From Lepidodermella squamata (taxonomy: Eukaryota > Animalia > Gastrotricha): a DNA stretch of 64,000 bases. Location: NCBI GenBank assembly GCA_047495785.1, contig JBLDXI010000024.1, positions 1,116,001-1,180,000 on the forward strand, in the 5' to 3' direction. The position numbers were made by a program, and so were the translations under genes. This document shows, in pieces, positions 1 through 12,200 of the stretch. Within the stretch, counting starts at the first letter, position 1. Every line of letters begins with the position of its first letter. The notes beneath the pieces were generated by a model, which made no database searches, had not been told where the DNA came from, and saw only the letters and a program-made list of their open reading frames with translations.

Positions 1-58
1 GCACGAAACGTTATTAACGAAGAGAGCCGTCACGTTTAAAAAACCTAACCGGTGGCTA

Positions 59-66
59 TGACGTCA
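59..66. promoter_or_regulatory. CRE/ATF palindrome TGACGTCA upstream of Cys-rich peptide gene A
   Basis: Perfect palindrome ~146 nt upstream of the ATG; the same motif lies at a similar distance upstream of the paralog; TATTTAAA at ~118. Confidence 0.55.
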
Positions 67-211
67 ATGGGGCCTGTTTTTGATGGCGCCAACTCGATTC
101 AAGTGCAATTTGGCGGCTATTTAAAGGCCTATACAGCCATGCTCAAATCACTTCGCTTTTTCACCTTCAAATTACTATTTCATCACAAGTCCTTCAGCAG
201 AACTCGGAGAA

Positions 212-597
212 ATGGCGTCTTTTCTTCATTTTACGCTACTTGTTGCTTTCGGTGCCTTGTTGGTTCTGGCTATGTGCGACGCGTTGCCTAATGCTAAGAT
301 TTCTGGCTCCGAAAACGCGACACTTAGCGAGGTAACAATAATAAATACGCATTCGTTTATTCTTTCTATATTCCATTTTGCTATTCGCAGACCATTTTCT
401 CGAGGCAGAAGAGAGGTGCATCGGCGATTTACGACTGTAACCGGCATGGCTATTGCTGGGGCTCTTGCGGCTGGAGCATTGATAACTGGTGCTGGCTTAA
501 CGTTCGCCGTTGCGGCAATGCCAACGACTGCAACCCGTCGGCTGACTGCCGCGGCAACTGCAATCCTCATGGTGATAGATACAACGACACGCCTTGA
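212..597 (+). CDS. Secreted cysteine-rich prepropeptide A (signal peptide, RQKR cleavage site, 8-Cys mature peptide); 2 exons 212-331, 391-597
   Basis: Hydrophobic signal MASFLHFTLLVAFGALLVLAMC; intron gtaaca...ttcgcag 332-390. Exon 2 reads TIFSRQKRGASAIYDCNRHGYCWGSCGWSIDNWCWLNVRRCGNANDCNPSADCRGNCNPHGDRYNDTP*. AATAAA at ~681. Close paralog at 2536-2901. Confidence 0.9.
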
Positions 598-2535
598 GTC
601 CGTGACACGCCTTATGTGATCGTCCGAAAATTGAACAAAAAAGATAATATAACTTCTCACGAGACTCTATGAAATGTTCAAATAAATTATCGCGGCTTTA
701 TTTTATTCCGAAATTATATCCAACATTCAACATAGCAATTCTTAGAGGCTTGAAACCACGTATTACAAAACTTCGAAGTAGGCGTCGGCTGACAGCAGGT
801 TTATTATTTTATTTTTATTTTTATTTGAAAGCTCATACGCCCAAGAGAGGGCAGCTTGGCAGCTTCCGATGTTGGTAGTTAAGGCGACCCATAACTATCA
901 AGCAATATATCCGAGAGCACTTTAAACTGTGACGCGTACATAGAATCGACGAGCATGTTTCGCGCTTAAAAACTTTGTTTGCCAAGCCAGGCCGCGATTG
1001 GCTCTCCCGTGTCCGATGATGATAAACTTCTAGCTCCACGTCTAGAGTGCATCCTAAATTTTGGCACGCATTGACTGCTATCGAAACCGCCAATGAAGAT
1101 TCAATAGCCCTGGATAAACTATATCAGGGATTAATGGCCGAGGAATGACGCCTTGATCTCCGGTCGGGATCGAAGACAGTCGGGGAAGGATCGCCTGCTT
1201 CAGATGTTGCCACAGCACTACGTGATACCTATTCACGCAAATTGAATAGTAATTGCAATTTTTGCGGAATCTTCGGGCACAAAAAACAGACTGTTAGAAG
1301 AAAAAGTCCACTCCAAATCGAGAAACCGAAATAATTACCAAAATTGTAACCAAAATTCGTGCGGCAAGAGCAGTACAGTGGGTATACCAAAATCCCACAC
1401 ACCCCTGCCCCCCTCCCCCACCCTCACCCCCGATCTTCATATTGGTTAAAAAATTCTATTTCCAAAGTTGATTGGATCATCATCCAGATCATCATCCAGA
1501 ATGCCGTTGAAGGATGCAGAAAAGCATTCAAAGAAACTGTTGACAATAGCAGCCAAGACCATAAGTCTACCATAATTCGTTCACCAAAGACGATCATCAT
1601 TTCCACCCATAATCCGGAACATCCGCATCAAGCTCCTGGTTCCATAAGAATCCCGTAGTGCTGCTTAGTATGAAAGTCGCAGATTGACTTTCAACGCTTG
1701 CAGAGGGCTGTGGTTTCGAATTCAATCGGCACTAAAACAAGGCTATTAGGAAAGCTGACATATTAGCTTCCATAAAATCCGTTCTTTCCATCTGAAGAAA
1801 CCGAGAATTCGCCAGGTTAGAATAATCTCAACAAATCCCAGCTAACATGAGGACTTAAACATTCAAGACCTCAGCCAGACCACTTGCTGAAGACAAATTT
1901 GCCAGTAGCGTGCAAAGAACAACGACATTTCTCGGAACTCCGCGTTTATTGAAAAACGCCAAAAAATGTCTACAGTGGAATCTAGTCGCGGCCTGGTTGG
2001 ACCGCGACTAAGAGACAGTTATTTGACTTAAAACTTGAGCTTATATAGCCTAGTCCAGGTAAACATCATTAATTCTCTGACACTGCTATAAACTAAATGA
2101 CAGTGTCATAAAACTTTATGACAGGGTAGTGAAGTGTCATCACCAATCATCTTTCCAACCATAATCGCAAGTATTTTCAGGTAGCCTCTAGTGCGCAGCC
2201 CCAAATTAAATTAGGGTTCCCAGTTGGCACACTTGTAAAAATTCATTCTGAGCACGCTTGTATTTCACAAGACCAAAGATCGTCTTGCGTAATAAACTAC
2301 AAATTTCCGATGAATCTGCCTAAAACCTCCATCTTCTGGAGAACAGGAGTCAGTCTTCAACATATTTGGTGAATTTCGCAGCTTAAACTTGACTTGAAAA
2401 GAAAAGAAATTTGACGGCACTTGAAAAGAGCTGCAACATTGCTATTGGCGGGTCTTTATTAGGGAAAAACTTGCACTATTGCGTTATTCCAGTAAAATTC
2501 CATCATGATGTATATATGAGCATTGTTATCAGTCT

Positions 2536-2901
2536 TTAAGGCGTGTCGTTGTGTTTATCACCGTGGGGGTTGCAGTTGCCAGCGCAATCGGCATTAGGAT
2601 CGCAGTCATCTCGGCTGTTGCAACGCGATCTACTCAGCCAGCACCAGTTCCTTGAGCTCCAGCCGCACGATCCCCAACAATAACCGCGGTTATTGCAATC
2701 ATAAACGTAAGACGCACCGCGCTTCTGACGAGCCAGCAATATGTCCTGTGTTAAATGAAATAGTAGCCAACAAATCCTGAAAATCTTGATTGAAAGTTTA
2801 GCACATACATAGCCATTTTCTTTGTCTTGTTTGTGAGTTGCCGTGACGAATTCGAGCATTATTATAGCACAGATAAGGGTGACCAATAGAAATTTAGCCA
2901 T
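2536..2901 (-). CDS. Secreted cysteine-rich prepropeptide B; 2 exons 2901-2809, 2745-2536
   Basis: Signal peptide MAKFLLVTLICAIIMLEFVTA; in-frame 63-nt gtatgt...acacag intron; RQKR followed by GASYVYDCNNRGYCWGSCGWSSRNWCWLSRSRCNSRDDCDPNADCAGNCNPHGDKHNDTP. Confidence 0.9.
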   Translation of the reverse strand: MAKFLLVTLICAIIMLEFVTATHKQDKENGYVCAKLSIKIFRICWLLFHLTQDILLARQKRGASYVYDCNNRGYCWGSCGWSSRNWCWLSRSRCNSRDDCDPNADCAGNCNPHGDKHNDTP

Positions 2902-3036
2902 TTTACGATTGAAAAATGCTGAAAATTCAATGAGAATTTTAATAGACGGTTGGAGCTAACTGACATCGGCCGAGCTAACAGTCCCCTAATATATACCCTG
3001 TATGGCGCACTCGTTCGAATTTTAAGGTGACTCGAG

Positions 3037-3044
3037 TGACGTCA
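3037..3044. promoter_or_regulatory. CRE/ATF palindrome TGACGTCA upstream of Cys-rich peptide gene B
   Basis: Perfect palindrome ~136 nt upstream of the minus-strand ATG at 2901. Confidence 0.55.
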
Positions 3045-3659
3045 TCACCTTAATTTTTATTTTTAAGGCATGAACGGTTCTCCGTTAAAACTGCGTCATT
3101 AACGCGTTTGTTTTGTTGTTTTTGCCGTTTGATAAACAAATAATAGCCTCAAGTGCAAATTTGGTGCAAATGTTATCCTTTATTGTAAATTTAAGCAAAA
3201 CTTTATCAAAAAAAATGAAATTTTATTTAACAATATGTGAGCATGGGACATTCATTTTGTTGTTGATGAAGATGTTACATTTGTCGAAAATATTGACTCG
3301 GGCTCAATTTTATTGTTAGAAATGTAGGTCAACCTTGCACCTTGCATTATTTCAATTATATCTTTGAGCCGCCTCCCTAAAAGCGGATTTGACCAGCAAA
3401 AATGGAGGATAAGCCTCATTAGCATAGCAAAATGAGGCAATAAAACCAAGGTTAAAAGACCGGCCATTTTCGAAATTCGTGATCAAAAATGTATTTTTAT
3501 TGCTCTGGCTGCTATCTTCAGTCATCAGCCCACACGACAGTGGTAGTTGGGCAAACAATGTGATGAAAGATGAGTAAATAGAGTCAGCTACAACCTGCGC
3601 TAAATATTGTCACAACTCTCACGTTTCGCAAAAATATGTTTATTTTCCACCTTTAAAAA

Positions 3660-5863
3660 ATGCGATATTTAGCCGTTTTACTCGCAGTGGCAAAATCACT
3701 GATATCGATACGGCTATCAATCGCATGTTCAACTACTACGCCGACTGTCGCTCCAGTGGCATCGCCTCCTGCTTCGGCGACAAACAGCCCGCCCCCAGCT
3801 AACTGTCCATGTCCACCAGGCCAAGAAACCCAGCAGACAACTCCGACAACGACAACAGTTTCGCAATCGCTGAGGAGCGATGTTTGCGGCACGAATCAAT
3901 ACACGATAGGTGGGACGTACGATATTGTCGGGCGGCTTATAGGCGGAGTCAGCGCTGCGCCGAATGAAATGCCTTGGATGGCCTACCTCGAGCTTAATAA
4001 CGGCCGGCAGGACATATGCGCGGGTTCTTTAATCGACACAGCTTGGGTTCTGACTTCGGCGCAATGTTGCGCGAAAGTCGCATCAGCAAGGTGCGAAAAA
4101 TCGTAATTAAAAAACCCGCCTTAATAATTTTTTGAAAATTTCAGAGATATTACAGCGAAATTGGGTTCAAATACTGTGACGCAGTTTCCGGTCATTGTGT
4201 CAGGCGCACGAGTGGTGATTCATCCAGATTTCAACCAGGGCAGCGTTTTCAACAACGATCTGTGCCTCGTTCAACTGACAAGTGCAGTCAATTTTGCAGA
4301 CTATCGAATAAAACCGATTTGCTTGCCGAAATCGTGCGATGAGTCATGTTTAGCCGGCGATGTTGCCGTAGTCGGCGGTTGGGGCTCAAACAGGGCTGGC
4401 GGGCCCTCTTCGCCCGTCCTATTGAAGGCGAGTGTCCCAATCGTTGCTGCTGGAGTCTGTGTTCAAGCCTACCCAACACTGACCGATAAAATGGTTTGCG
4501 CTGGGAATTATAACGATGGAGGGGTAGATACCTGTACAGGGGATGGCGGAGCTCCATTGGCTTGCACGAAACAAGGCAGATATGTCATCGATGGAGTAAC
4601 TTCCTTCGGCAAAGGTTGCGGCCTACCTCACTACCCTGGAGTGTATGCCAAAGGTATTTTCATTTTTCATTAAAAATTGTAATTAAATTTGTTAAAGATG
4701 ATTCATTACTTTCCTGCATTTTTTATATTTTTATCCGATTTTTAGCAATTTAAAAAAACAAGCCTTTTTAAACCAAGAAAAATGAAATTATTTAAATTTT
4801 AATCAATTTAAAAAAATTTAATTTTAATTTTTTCCTACGAATTCAGTTTGTACTGCTGTTAGCTGGATTTCTCGAGTTATGACTGGTTCAGAGGGTCAAC
4901 TCCCACCCGCCCCGTTCACAATCGCGCCTCGGAACAACCGTGGCGGTGAATTCGAGCCTTGGACCCAACTTCCACTAATCAATAATTGCGGCTCGGGAAT
5001 GCCTAATCCTAACAAACAGGTTGCTCAGGGCGAGTTCCCGTGGCAAGTCTTCCTAATGATGTACTCGCGGGCTAAACAAAGCGCCACGTCCTGCGGTGGG
5101 GTAGTTTTGCGAAATTTCTGGATACTCACCTCGGCCCATTGCTGCCAGCAAGCTCATCAAGCCAGGTATGAATGATTTGAAATTTTTTTCGAAATCTAGT
5201 TCATCATAAATTGTTCGATTCAGCGATATCACGGTTCATTTCACGTCGGACAGCGATTTTTCCAGCTTCAGCGCCTTAGCTGTGACTGTGGTGGTGCATC
5301 CTTTTTACAGCTCTGCGTCGAATTCAAATGATTTCTGCTTACTAAAAACGAACGGTATTATTGACTCTAGTATTTTGGATAGATTTAATCAAATTTTAAT
5401 TATTTAGCTCCTTTGAGTTGGTTGGCGAAGGTACAACCAATTTGCCTTCCGAATTCATGCGAATCGGATTGCCAACCTGGCGAGACAGGATTGGTTGTAG
5501 GTTGGGCAAATACGAATTTAGGTAAGACCCATCTTATTTCCGCGATTTTTCTCGAATTTCTACAATTATCTGACAGCAGGTCTACCAACCGCAGAGCTTC
5601 GAAAGTCAGATGTTCAAATTCAGCCGAATATTATTTGCCAAAATGCAGCCGCGTCGTTGAACCCTAACAAAACGTGTACCTCAATACCAAGCAGAGGCTG
5701 CTCGGGCGATGATGGCAGTGTGTTGCTGTGTAAGAAAAAGAACAATTACATAATTCAGGGTCTATCTATAAGTGGAAACTGTGCTAATGGCGGCATTCCG
5801 CTGCAATTTCATCAAGTTTGCACCTCAACGTGGTGGATTAATAGGCACATTAATCTAATATAA
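3660..5863 (+). CDS. Secreted tandem two-domain trypsin-like serine protease homolog (both domains probably inactive); ~6 exons
   Basis: Signal peptide and Thr/Pro-rich stalk. Domain 1: RLIGG, NEMPWMA, CAGSLI, LTSAQCC, NDLCL, GDGGAP. Domain 2: GEFPWQV, CGGVVL, LTSAHCC, NDFCLL, GDDGSV. Approximate exons 3660-4090, 4145-4653, 4847-5165, 5224-5353, 5408-5521, 5580-5863. Confidence 0.85.
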
Positions 5864-6059
5864 AAAACGACATCACTTGATAAGACTGCTCATGAATAAA
5901 AAATTAGTTTCCTTAAAAAAACACAATTTTTATTAGACCTAAACGCTTGCACTATAATACAAAAGTAATAAAGGTTTTTTATAGAAATGTACTAAGAGGC
6001 AGCTATAAAGGAGCTACACCGGTTGTTTGATTTTTCCTATAGCGAACCGGGCAGTTCAC

Positions 6060-7698
6060 TCAGTCACTACGGCCCCTAACAATGTCTTGAATCCACTCGA
6101 TGATGGAGCATGGCCGGGAGTAGACATCCGTAACCAGCTTCGTAAGCGTCCCATTACTCGATCTCTGACTGCCAAGGTGACGCCGGTGGGAGAACATGCC
6201 GTTTAAAAAATAAGTATTATTGGCACCTTGGCACACCAAAGGTTGACCTATATCAGGCATCTGAAACAGAATAATTCAGAAAATGCGAAAATTATTGGAA
6301 TTTAACTAGTATATACCTCATTTCGGCTATCGAAAGGGATAGTTGGGAATCCGACGCAAATTTGGCGCTCGCTAAGCTCTGATAGATCCCCACTGTCTCG
6401 GTCTGTCGATGTTTTGCATTCGAATTGCCAACCTATTCTGCCAACGTTTTTATGAAGAACGTCCATGCTAGCGCGATTTATATTGTTCCAGCCTAAAATA
6501 TTAAAAATTATCGATTTTTCGCGCGAGTTTTTTAAAAAAAAAACCTGCGACAGCACAATAGCTACCAGGTTTAGCTTCGCCCTGGCAATAATTTGACAAT
6601 TGGCAGATGCGATTAACGTTCTCGCTAAAAATAATCGGATCTAAATTCATAATCAGTTAGAAATAAAAAAAGATGGAATTATTTAAAAATTTACCAGAAA
6701 GTTTGACCAGAGCGAAATTGTAGTCTCTATTGCGTTCCTGATAGTACGGATGGATGACTATGGTCGAAGTTTGAAAGCTTTGCTCCGTTGAATCCGCAAA
6801 TTGGTAACGATGGCCACCAACAATGACGCGAAATAAGGAACTAAAATCGCGGGATAACCTGGAATGAAGCCTCGAAACTTGTTTTAAATCTCACCTCCAT
6901 CGATCAGAGTTGGCTGAAGCAGCGACACAACTTGCAGCTGTCATGATGTAAAATCGATCGATAATTACCCTGAAAATATTTTATTTATGGAAAATAATAA
7001 CTTAAGGTTAATTTAATACCCGGTGCATAGCATGTTGGCGCGAGAGCCTAGAACCAGCCTGGCTAGCCAAGGAAATTCGTTCGGCATGGTATCTGAAGGT
7101 CCAATCACTCGATGAGTTCGAACACCACCATTTGGATACTTGATTGTACCGCATTCTAAATTTTTCAAAGTTATTTTTAAATTTTCATGGAAATTTCCAA
7201 TTTTACGAGGCATTGATGGCCGTCTTGTGGTAGTCCAGTAGATGGTAGTTTCTGGCTCAGTAATTTCTTCGGTCACCCATCGACGAGTAGGTTGCTCCTG
7301 AGTTGTAGGAGCTGGCCTCTGGTAGTTATTTCCATTATATAGGGTACATGCGCCAAGTTTCGGCCGCCACTGCCCATCCCCATTACAAACGCTGGAACTA
7401 GAGCCATTAGCTACGATATATCGGCTTCGGCATGTCAGTCGGATTTCAACTCCCTGGTTCACCGTCATCAAATCATCGTTTATTTGCCCTCGAACGTCGA
7501 CATTACCCTCAGGGGTCCATGGGACCAAGCAGACAGGTGCCTATGGTAATTTTAAAAATTTTAAGCTGGATTTTTTTGAAAACAAAACAATCATTTTACC
7601 GAGTCCTCCTGGTCTGAACTTAGATAAGCAGCTTGCTGGAGATCAATGATACATACGAAATAGATGAAGATGGCCCGGGTTAAAATCCTCGCCAACAT
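6060..7698 (-). CDS. Secreted sushi(CCP)-domain plus serine protease homolog (inactive); multi-exon
   Basis: Signal MLARILTRAIFIYFVCII; CCP domain (CLVP...LTC...VCNGDGQWRPKLGAC); Thr-rich linker; RVIG, NEFPWLA, IMTAASC, DYNFAL, PDIGQPLVC, WIQDIV. Confidence 0.82.
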
Positions 7699-8204
7699 GG
7701 TAACTTAAATACGGATGGTGTTTGTGGTATAAACACACAGTGCACCCACACGCATACGGTCAAATGGGTGCCCAAAAATTGGTACCGAATGCGGCGTGTA
7801 CGAATTGCACCCGGACCGGGAAAATAAAAATCTCCACGCACACAAGCGGCCGTGTATACTAAGTAGAAGTAATAGTAACAGTGTGAAAAGGTGTCGTTAT
7901 ATATTTACGAGCGATACTTAATGATAATGTTAAACATATTACTTGACACGTTTTTTCATCATCATCTTTTGATGCGCGATTATTATAATATACGCATCGC
8001 CTTAAATGCACGCACGTGCGGCGCCCTTTCACGAGTGTCATATTATCAGCAGGAATACAGGCTTTTCAGCACGCGGTTAACTGATGGCATAGTTACGGCC
8101 CGGTATTAATTTGGAAAAAATTCAGAAATTTCACCAAACATGATCTTGTAGAAAGAAATTGACGACTCAGAATTTACTTACCACAATTCAAGTACCTAAC
8201 CCAA

Positions 8205-8626
8205 GACCGCTCTAATAATTGTTTTTGATTTGTGACATATAGCCCCTGTCTATAATAGCCCTAAATATCACTTAAATATTATTAGGTCCCAAGGTTAATA
8301 ATACCCCGCCCCGAACCTCGAATAATAGCGAGGTGGCTGAACACAGGCTGAAGCCGGGAAAACTATGATGTGACCTGAGATAGGAATAGCTTTTCCGATT
8401 GCGGAATGACTACAGCATGAAAGGTTTACGTAGTTCAACCTGGCAAGTCTTTTGAAGGCTGTTCATATCAACGTGTAGACTTGATAAAAGTAAGGACGTG
8501 ACGTTTCAGGGTCAATAACTGCCTCCCTCGAATGAGAGCCCTCTTGAACTATTGCCCGATTTTTTCACTATTTTCCGTGTTCGGAAAAAATTATAGCGAT
8601 GGCTATTATTCGATGAAATACGCGGT
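8205..8626. mobile_element. Fragment of a pogo/Tigger-like MITE
   Basis: Repeated aataatagcc/cgaataatagcg motifs and a right end ggctattattcgatgaaatacgcggta resembling pogo-like TIRs; matching left TIR not found. Confidence 0.35.
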
Positions 8627-9212
8627 ATCAAATTCTCAGAATTTATTCAGATTTTAATCCTAGGAAAAAATGGTTTCGTCCATAGGACAACACCAAGTTA
8701 TGGTACCATTCATTTTTAATATTCATTTTAGATTTCCAGAATAGCAAGATATTTCGTTTAGATGTTTTATTATTTCATGTCCAGATTAGCGATAATAACA
8801 ATCTCTATTGCTCGAAGGATAATTCCTATATTTCATCTGACGGCTGTCAGTTTCGAATATTATCGGGATAATAAACGTTTATCCCGAATGATTTGCATAA
8901 TATAAAATATTCGGTGTTCATCGTATATAAGATATCGATTGCCGCATTTTCCAGCCGATAAGTCAATAAAAGTGAGACATTAGACACGCAAGGCCTTTCA
9001 GTCAACTCATGAGAGATCGACGCAGATCAGTGAAAGCCGACTAATACGCATTGAAAGTGACCAGAACAGGGGCGTCGAGTGTCACAAACACTATAACAGC
9101 TAACGAAAAGTCAAATATCCGGCAAGTTGCGGCGTTTTCGCTTCTAATTTTGATGAAGATGATCGATCAAAAATAGACACATATTACGCGATCAAATTTT
9201 CACCGATGAAAC

Positions 9213-12200
9213 ATGAATGAGTTTTTTGCAATCATCGCAATGTTGGCGGTTGTTACCACCGCGAGTCGCCATGGCAACCGCGACTACTACCACCTTAATA
9301 AATTAACCCCGCCAACTGGGCAAGTTTTCACCCTCGGCATTTTGTTATCCAATCATAACATCGACGAAACTCGCCTGAGACGATTATTGAATGAAGTTTC
9401 ACCGCAGAATGTTGAAAGCAACACGTCAACGTCATCGACATTTCGTCACGCTCTGTTGAACATGCCGATTCAGTTGCACCTAAACCCGGTTTACACGAAT
9501 GGCCTTGGCCTGGATAAAATTGTTCACAAATTATTCTGCTCACGGGAAAGTCGAGGCACCAACACTGTGTTTTTCCTCGTCGATCAAAACTCATCGGCAA
9601 ATCACAACGGCATGCTGTTGTCGAATTTTATGGCGAATCTAGGTAGTTACGCCGGGTTACCTGCCATAGCCTGGAGTAGCTCGATTGTCGACTTCGAACA
9701 CGCGGCTCGGAAAGATTTAGCCATGCTACTACTCGCGCCCTCTGTCCGGTACCAGGCCCGGGCAATTTTCGCGTTTTTACGGAAATTTCTCCCCTCGAGG
9801 AAGGTTAGTATCTTAGTCTCTAATCGAGCGACTGGTTACGAATTTTTCGTCAATGAACTTCGTCAGTTGGCTGATTCGGACGAGGAGGGTCGTAGGTATT
9901 CGCGGTTTGAATTCGACAGCCATCAGCACCACATGAGCACGAGATTTATTCAGCTGCTTCAGATGGATAATTCAACGTACGATGGCGTCCGAAAAGAGCT
10001 GATTTTCCTGCGTGATAGCACTGATACCCGCGTTTTTCTGATCTATAGTGACATCTATGTCACGGATAAAGTTATGGAAGAGGCGCATTCGCTAGGCATG
10101 ACGACGAGTGACTTTGTGTGGATTTGTGCGAAACCGTCATTCAGCGATCTGGCGCCGGTTAATTACGCGGCGGGCATGTTGGTCGCGACTTATGACACTT
10201 CGTTAAACGCTCAACTTACGGCCCTGAAAGCGGCGATTCGAGTTTGGTCAGAGGCGGTTCGGCGGCTTGTCAGCTCGGCGAATTTTGGCGAAAATCTCAT
10301 GCCGGCTATTTCTTGCACAAGGTTCCTGCCGCCTAAATGGGCTCACAGCCAGCAATTCCATCGGTAATACTTATACCTATTATCCTATATTTCCTATATT
10401 TCCTATTTATCCTATACCTATATCCTATAGCAAAATTGTCGAGCGAAAAATTTATTACCGGAATATTCGAAAACTTCAAATATCAGCAACTACCTGTTGA
10501 AATGAGGATCTTTATTAAAAATATTCGAAATAATGAAATAATTTTCAAAAATAATTTCCTAAATTTGGAAAATTGCAGTTTTTTCAAATTCAGAGCGTAA
10601 CGAGGGGTGATTGGACAAGTCATTCATTTTTCATGTTATGAATGGGGTTTTGCATATTAGGTATAAAATAATCTTCCTCATCGGCTTCCGTTCGACATTA
10701 AACTCGCGGATATTGAGCCAAAAATCGATTTTAAAATAATCGACAAGGATGAGACTCCGTAGCACATTTTTCAAGGTCACAATTGTTTATCGGCAATTTT
10801 TTTATCCCGACTGCTTCTGAAATCAAAGAAAAAGGAAAATCTGAAGTTGGTTTTACCAGGGCATCCACCCCCTGAAAATCAGGTGAGATTTAGGGCTGTA
10901 TGTGTGACCTAGAATTTAATTGAAAAAACCGATGCGCCACCTGTTTCTGATTTTTTTTAATAATTTGACCCAATTTCGAGGGCGCACCAAGAATATGTCA
11001 AAAGCTCATAATTATGCAAATGAGCGTCCTAAATTAGCACATCACGTTATAAATTGCCAATAATCAGGTAAAATTTTGAAAACTCTCAGAATATTTAGGA
11101 AAATTTTGAATCGCCTTGCCCGTTAAATTCCACAAATTCCAGAATTTTCTGAGCAAGATCTGACCTTTTAAAAAATGGTTACGGTTCGGTGCCTAGAATG
11201 TTCAGGGATTTTTCTATTTTTTTTTAAATTATTCAGATTATTGGAACAGCGCTTGACGAAAACAGTTCACAGCGAGAGTAATTTCGCCGAAGTCAACGAT
11301 ATATCACTGTACGCTATGCAAATGAACCGACGCTGGCTGCCGATCGGCAAGTGGAGCAACGCGTCAGGGCTGAGAATCAGCAATAAACATTGGATGCGGC
11401 GCTTCGATCGTGAGCATGCGAGTTTAACCGGGCGCAGAAATGCTATTCTACGAATCGCAACCCTCGACGAGCCGCCCTATGTCATCTACGAAATGCCGCC
11501 GGCAAATGGTGAATGCCCTCCGAATGCTGTTCTATGCCGGCTCGCCGTAAATCAATTTCATTCTCATATTTTGGAAACCGAAGCGGGTAAAATCAACGGC
11601 GGCCATGTCAAGTAAGATTGAATAAAAAAAATAATAATAAATTATTATTGATTTTTTACAGCCGAACTGCTAATTTGACCCATGTTTGTTGCCTGGGCTA
11701 CGTAATCGATATCCTTCGAAAATTATCCACAGATATTGGCTTTCAATTCGAGCTTTTCGAAGTTGCTGATAGGAAATGGGGAACCTTGGATCCAGTAGAA
11801 TTTTCCAAAAATTATGAAAAATAAAATTGATTTTTCGGGTTTGATAGAACACCGGTGCCTGGAATGGCCTTATCAGTGCGATTCTCAATGGCTCAGCCGA
11901 TATGGTTGCAACCTCCTTAAAAATAAACACTGATCGAAGCAGCGTCATCGATTTCAGCGCGCCCTTCTACCAAACTGGGGTCACTATTCTAGTCCGCGCC
12001 CAGGAAGGCGTTGTGTCACCCATAGCGTTCCTTGAACCGTTTTCGATCGAAACGTGGCTCGTTGTTTTCCTCGGATGCGTCAACGCATATGCGCTGTTCA
12101 TATTTTTCTTCGAAAATTTCCGCAAAATTTTCCCGACTGCGACTGAAAGTCGCTCGTATCGCAACGACTTCCATCATAAGCACCAGAAAACGTCGTCGCT

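Noticed and set aside
212-619. 135-aa ORF-track translation of the first gene
   Set aside because: It reads through the 332-390 intron in the wrong frame; the spliced Cys-rich product matches the paralog.
799-1100. Possible minus-strand retroelement 3' end with an AATAAA-repeat tail
   Set aside because: Only the tail is suggestive; no recognisable RT motif or TSD.
1359-1990. ORFs 1359-1658 and 1424-1606 and possible LINE remnant
   Set aside because: No convincing motif, start context or splice structure.
3113-3558. Short ORFs between peptide gene B and the protease homolog
   Set aside because: AT-rich, no homology recognised, not joinable into a gene.
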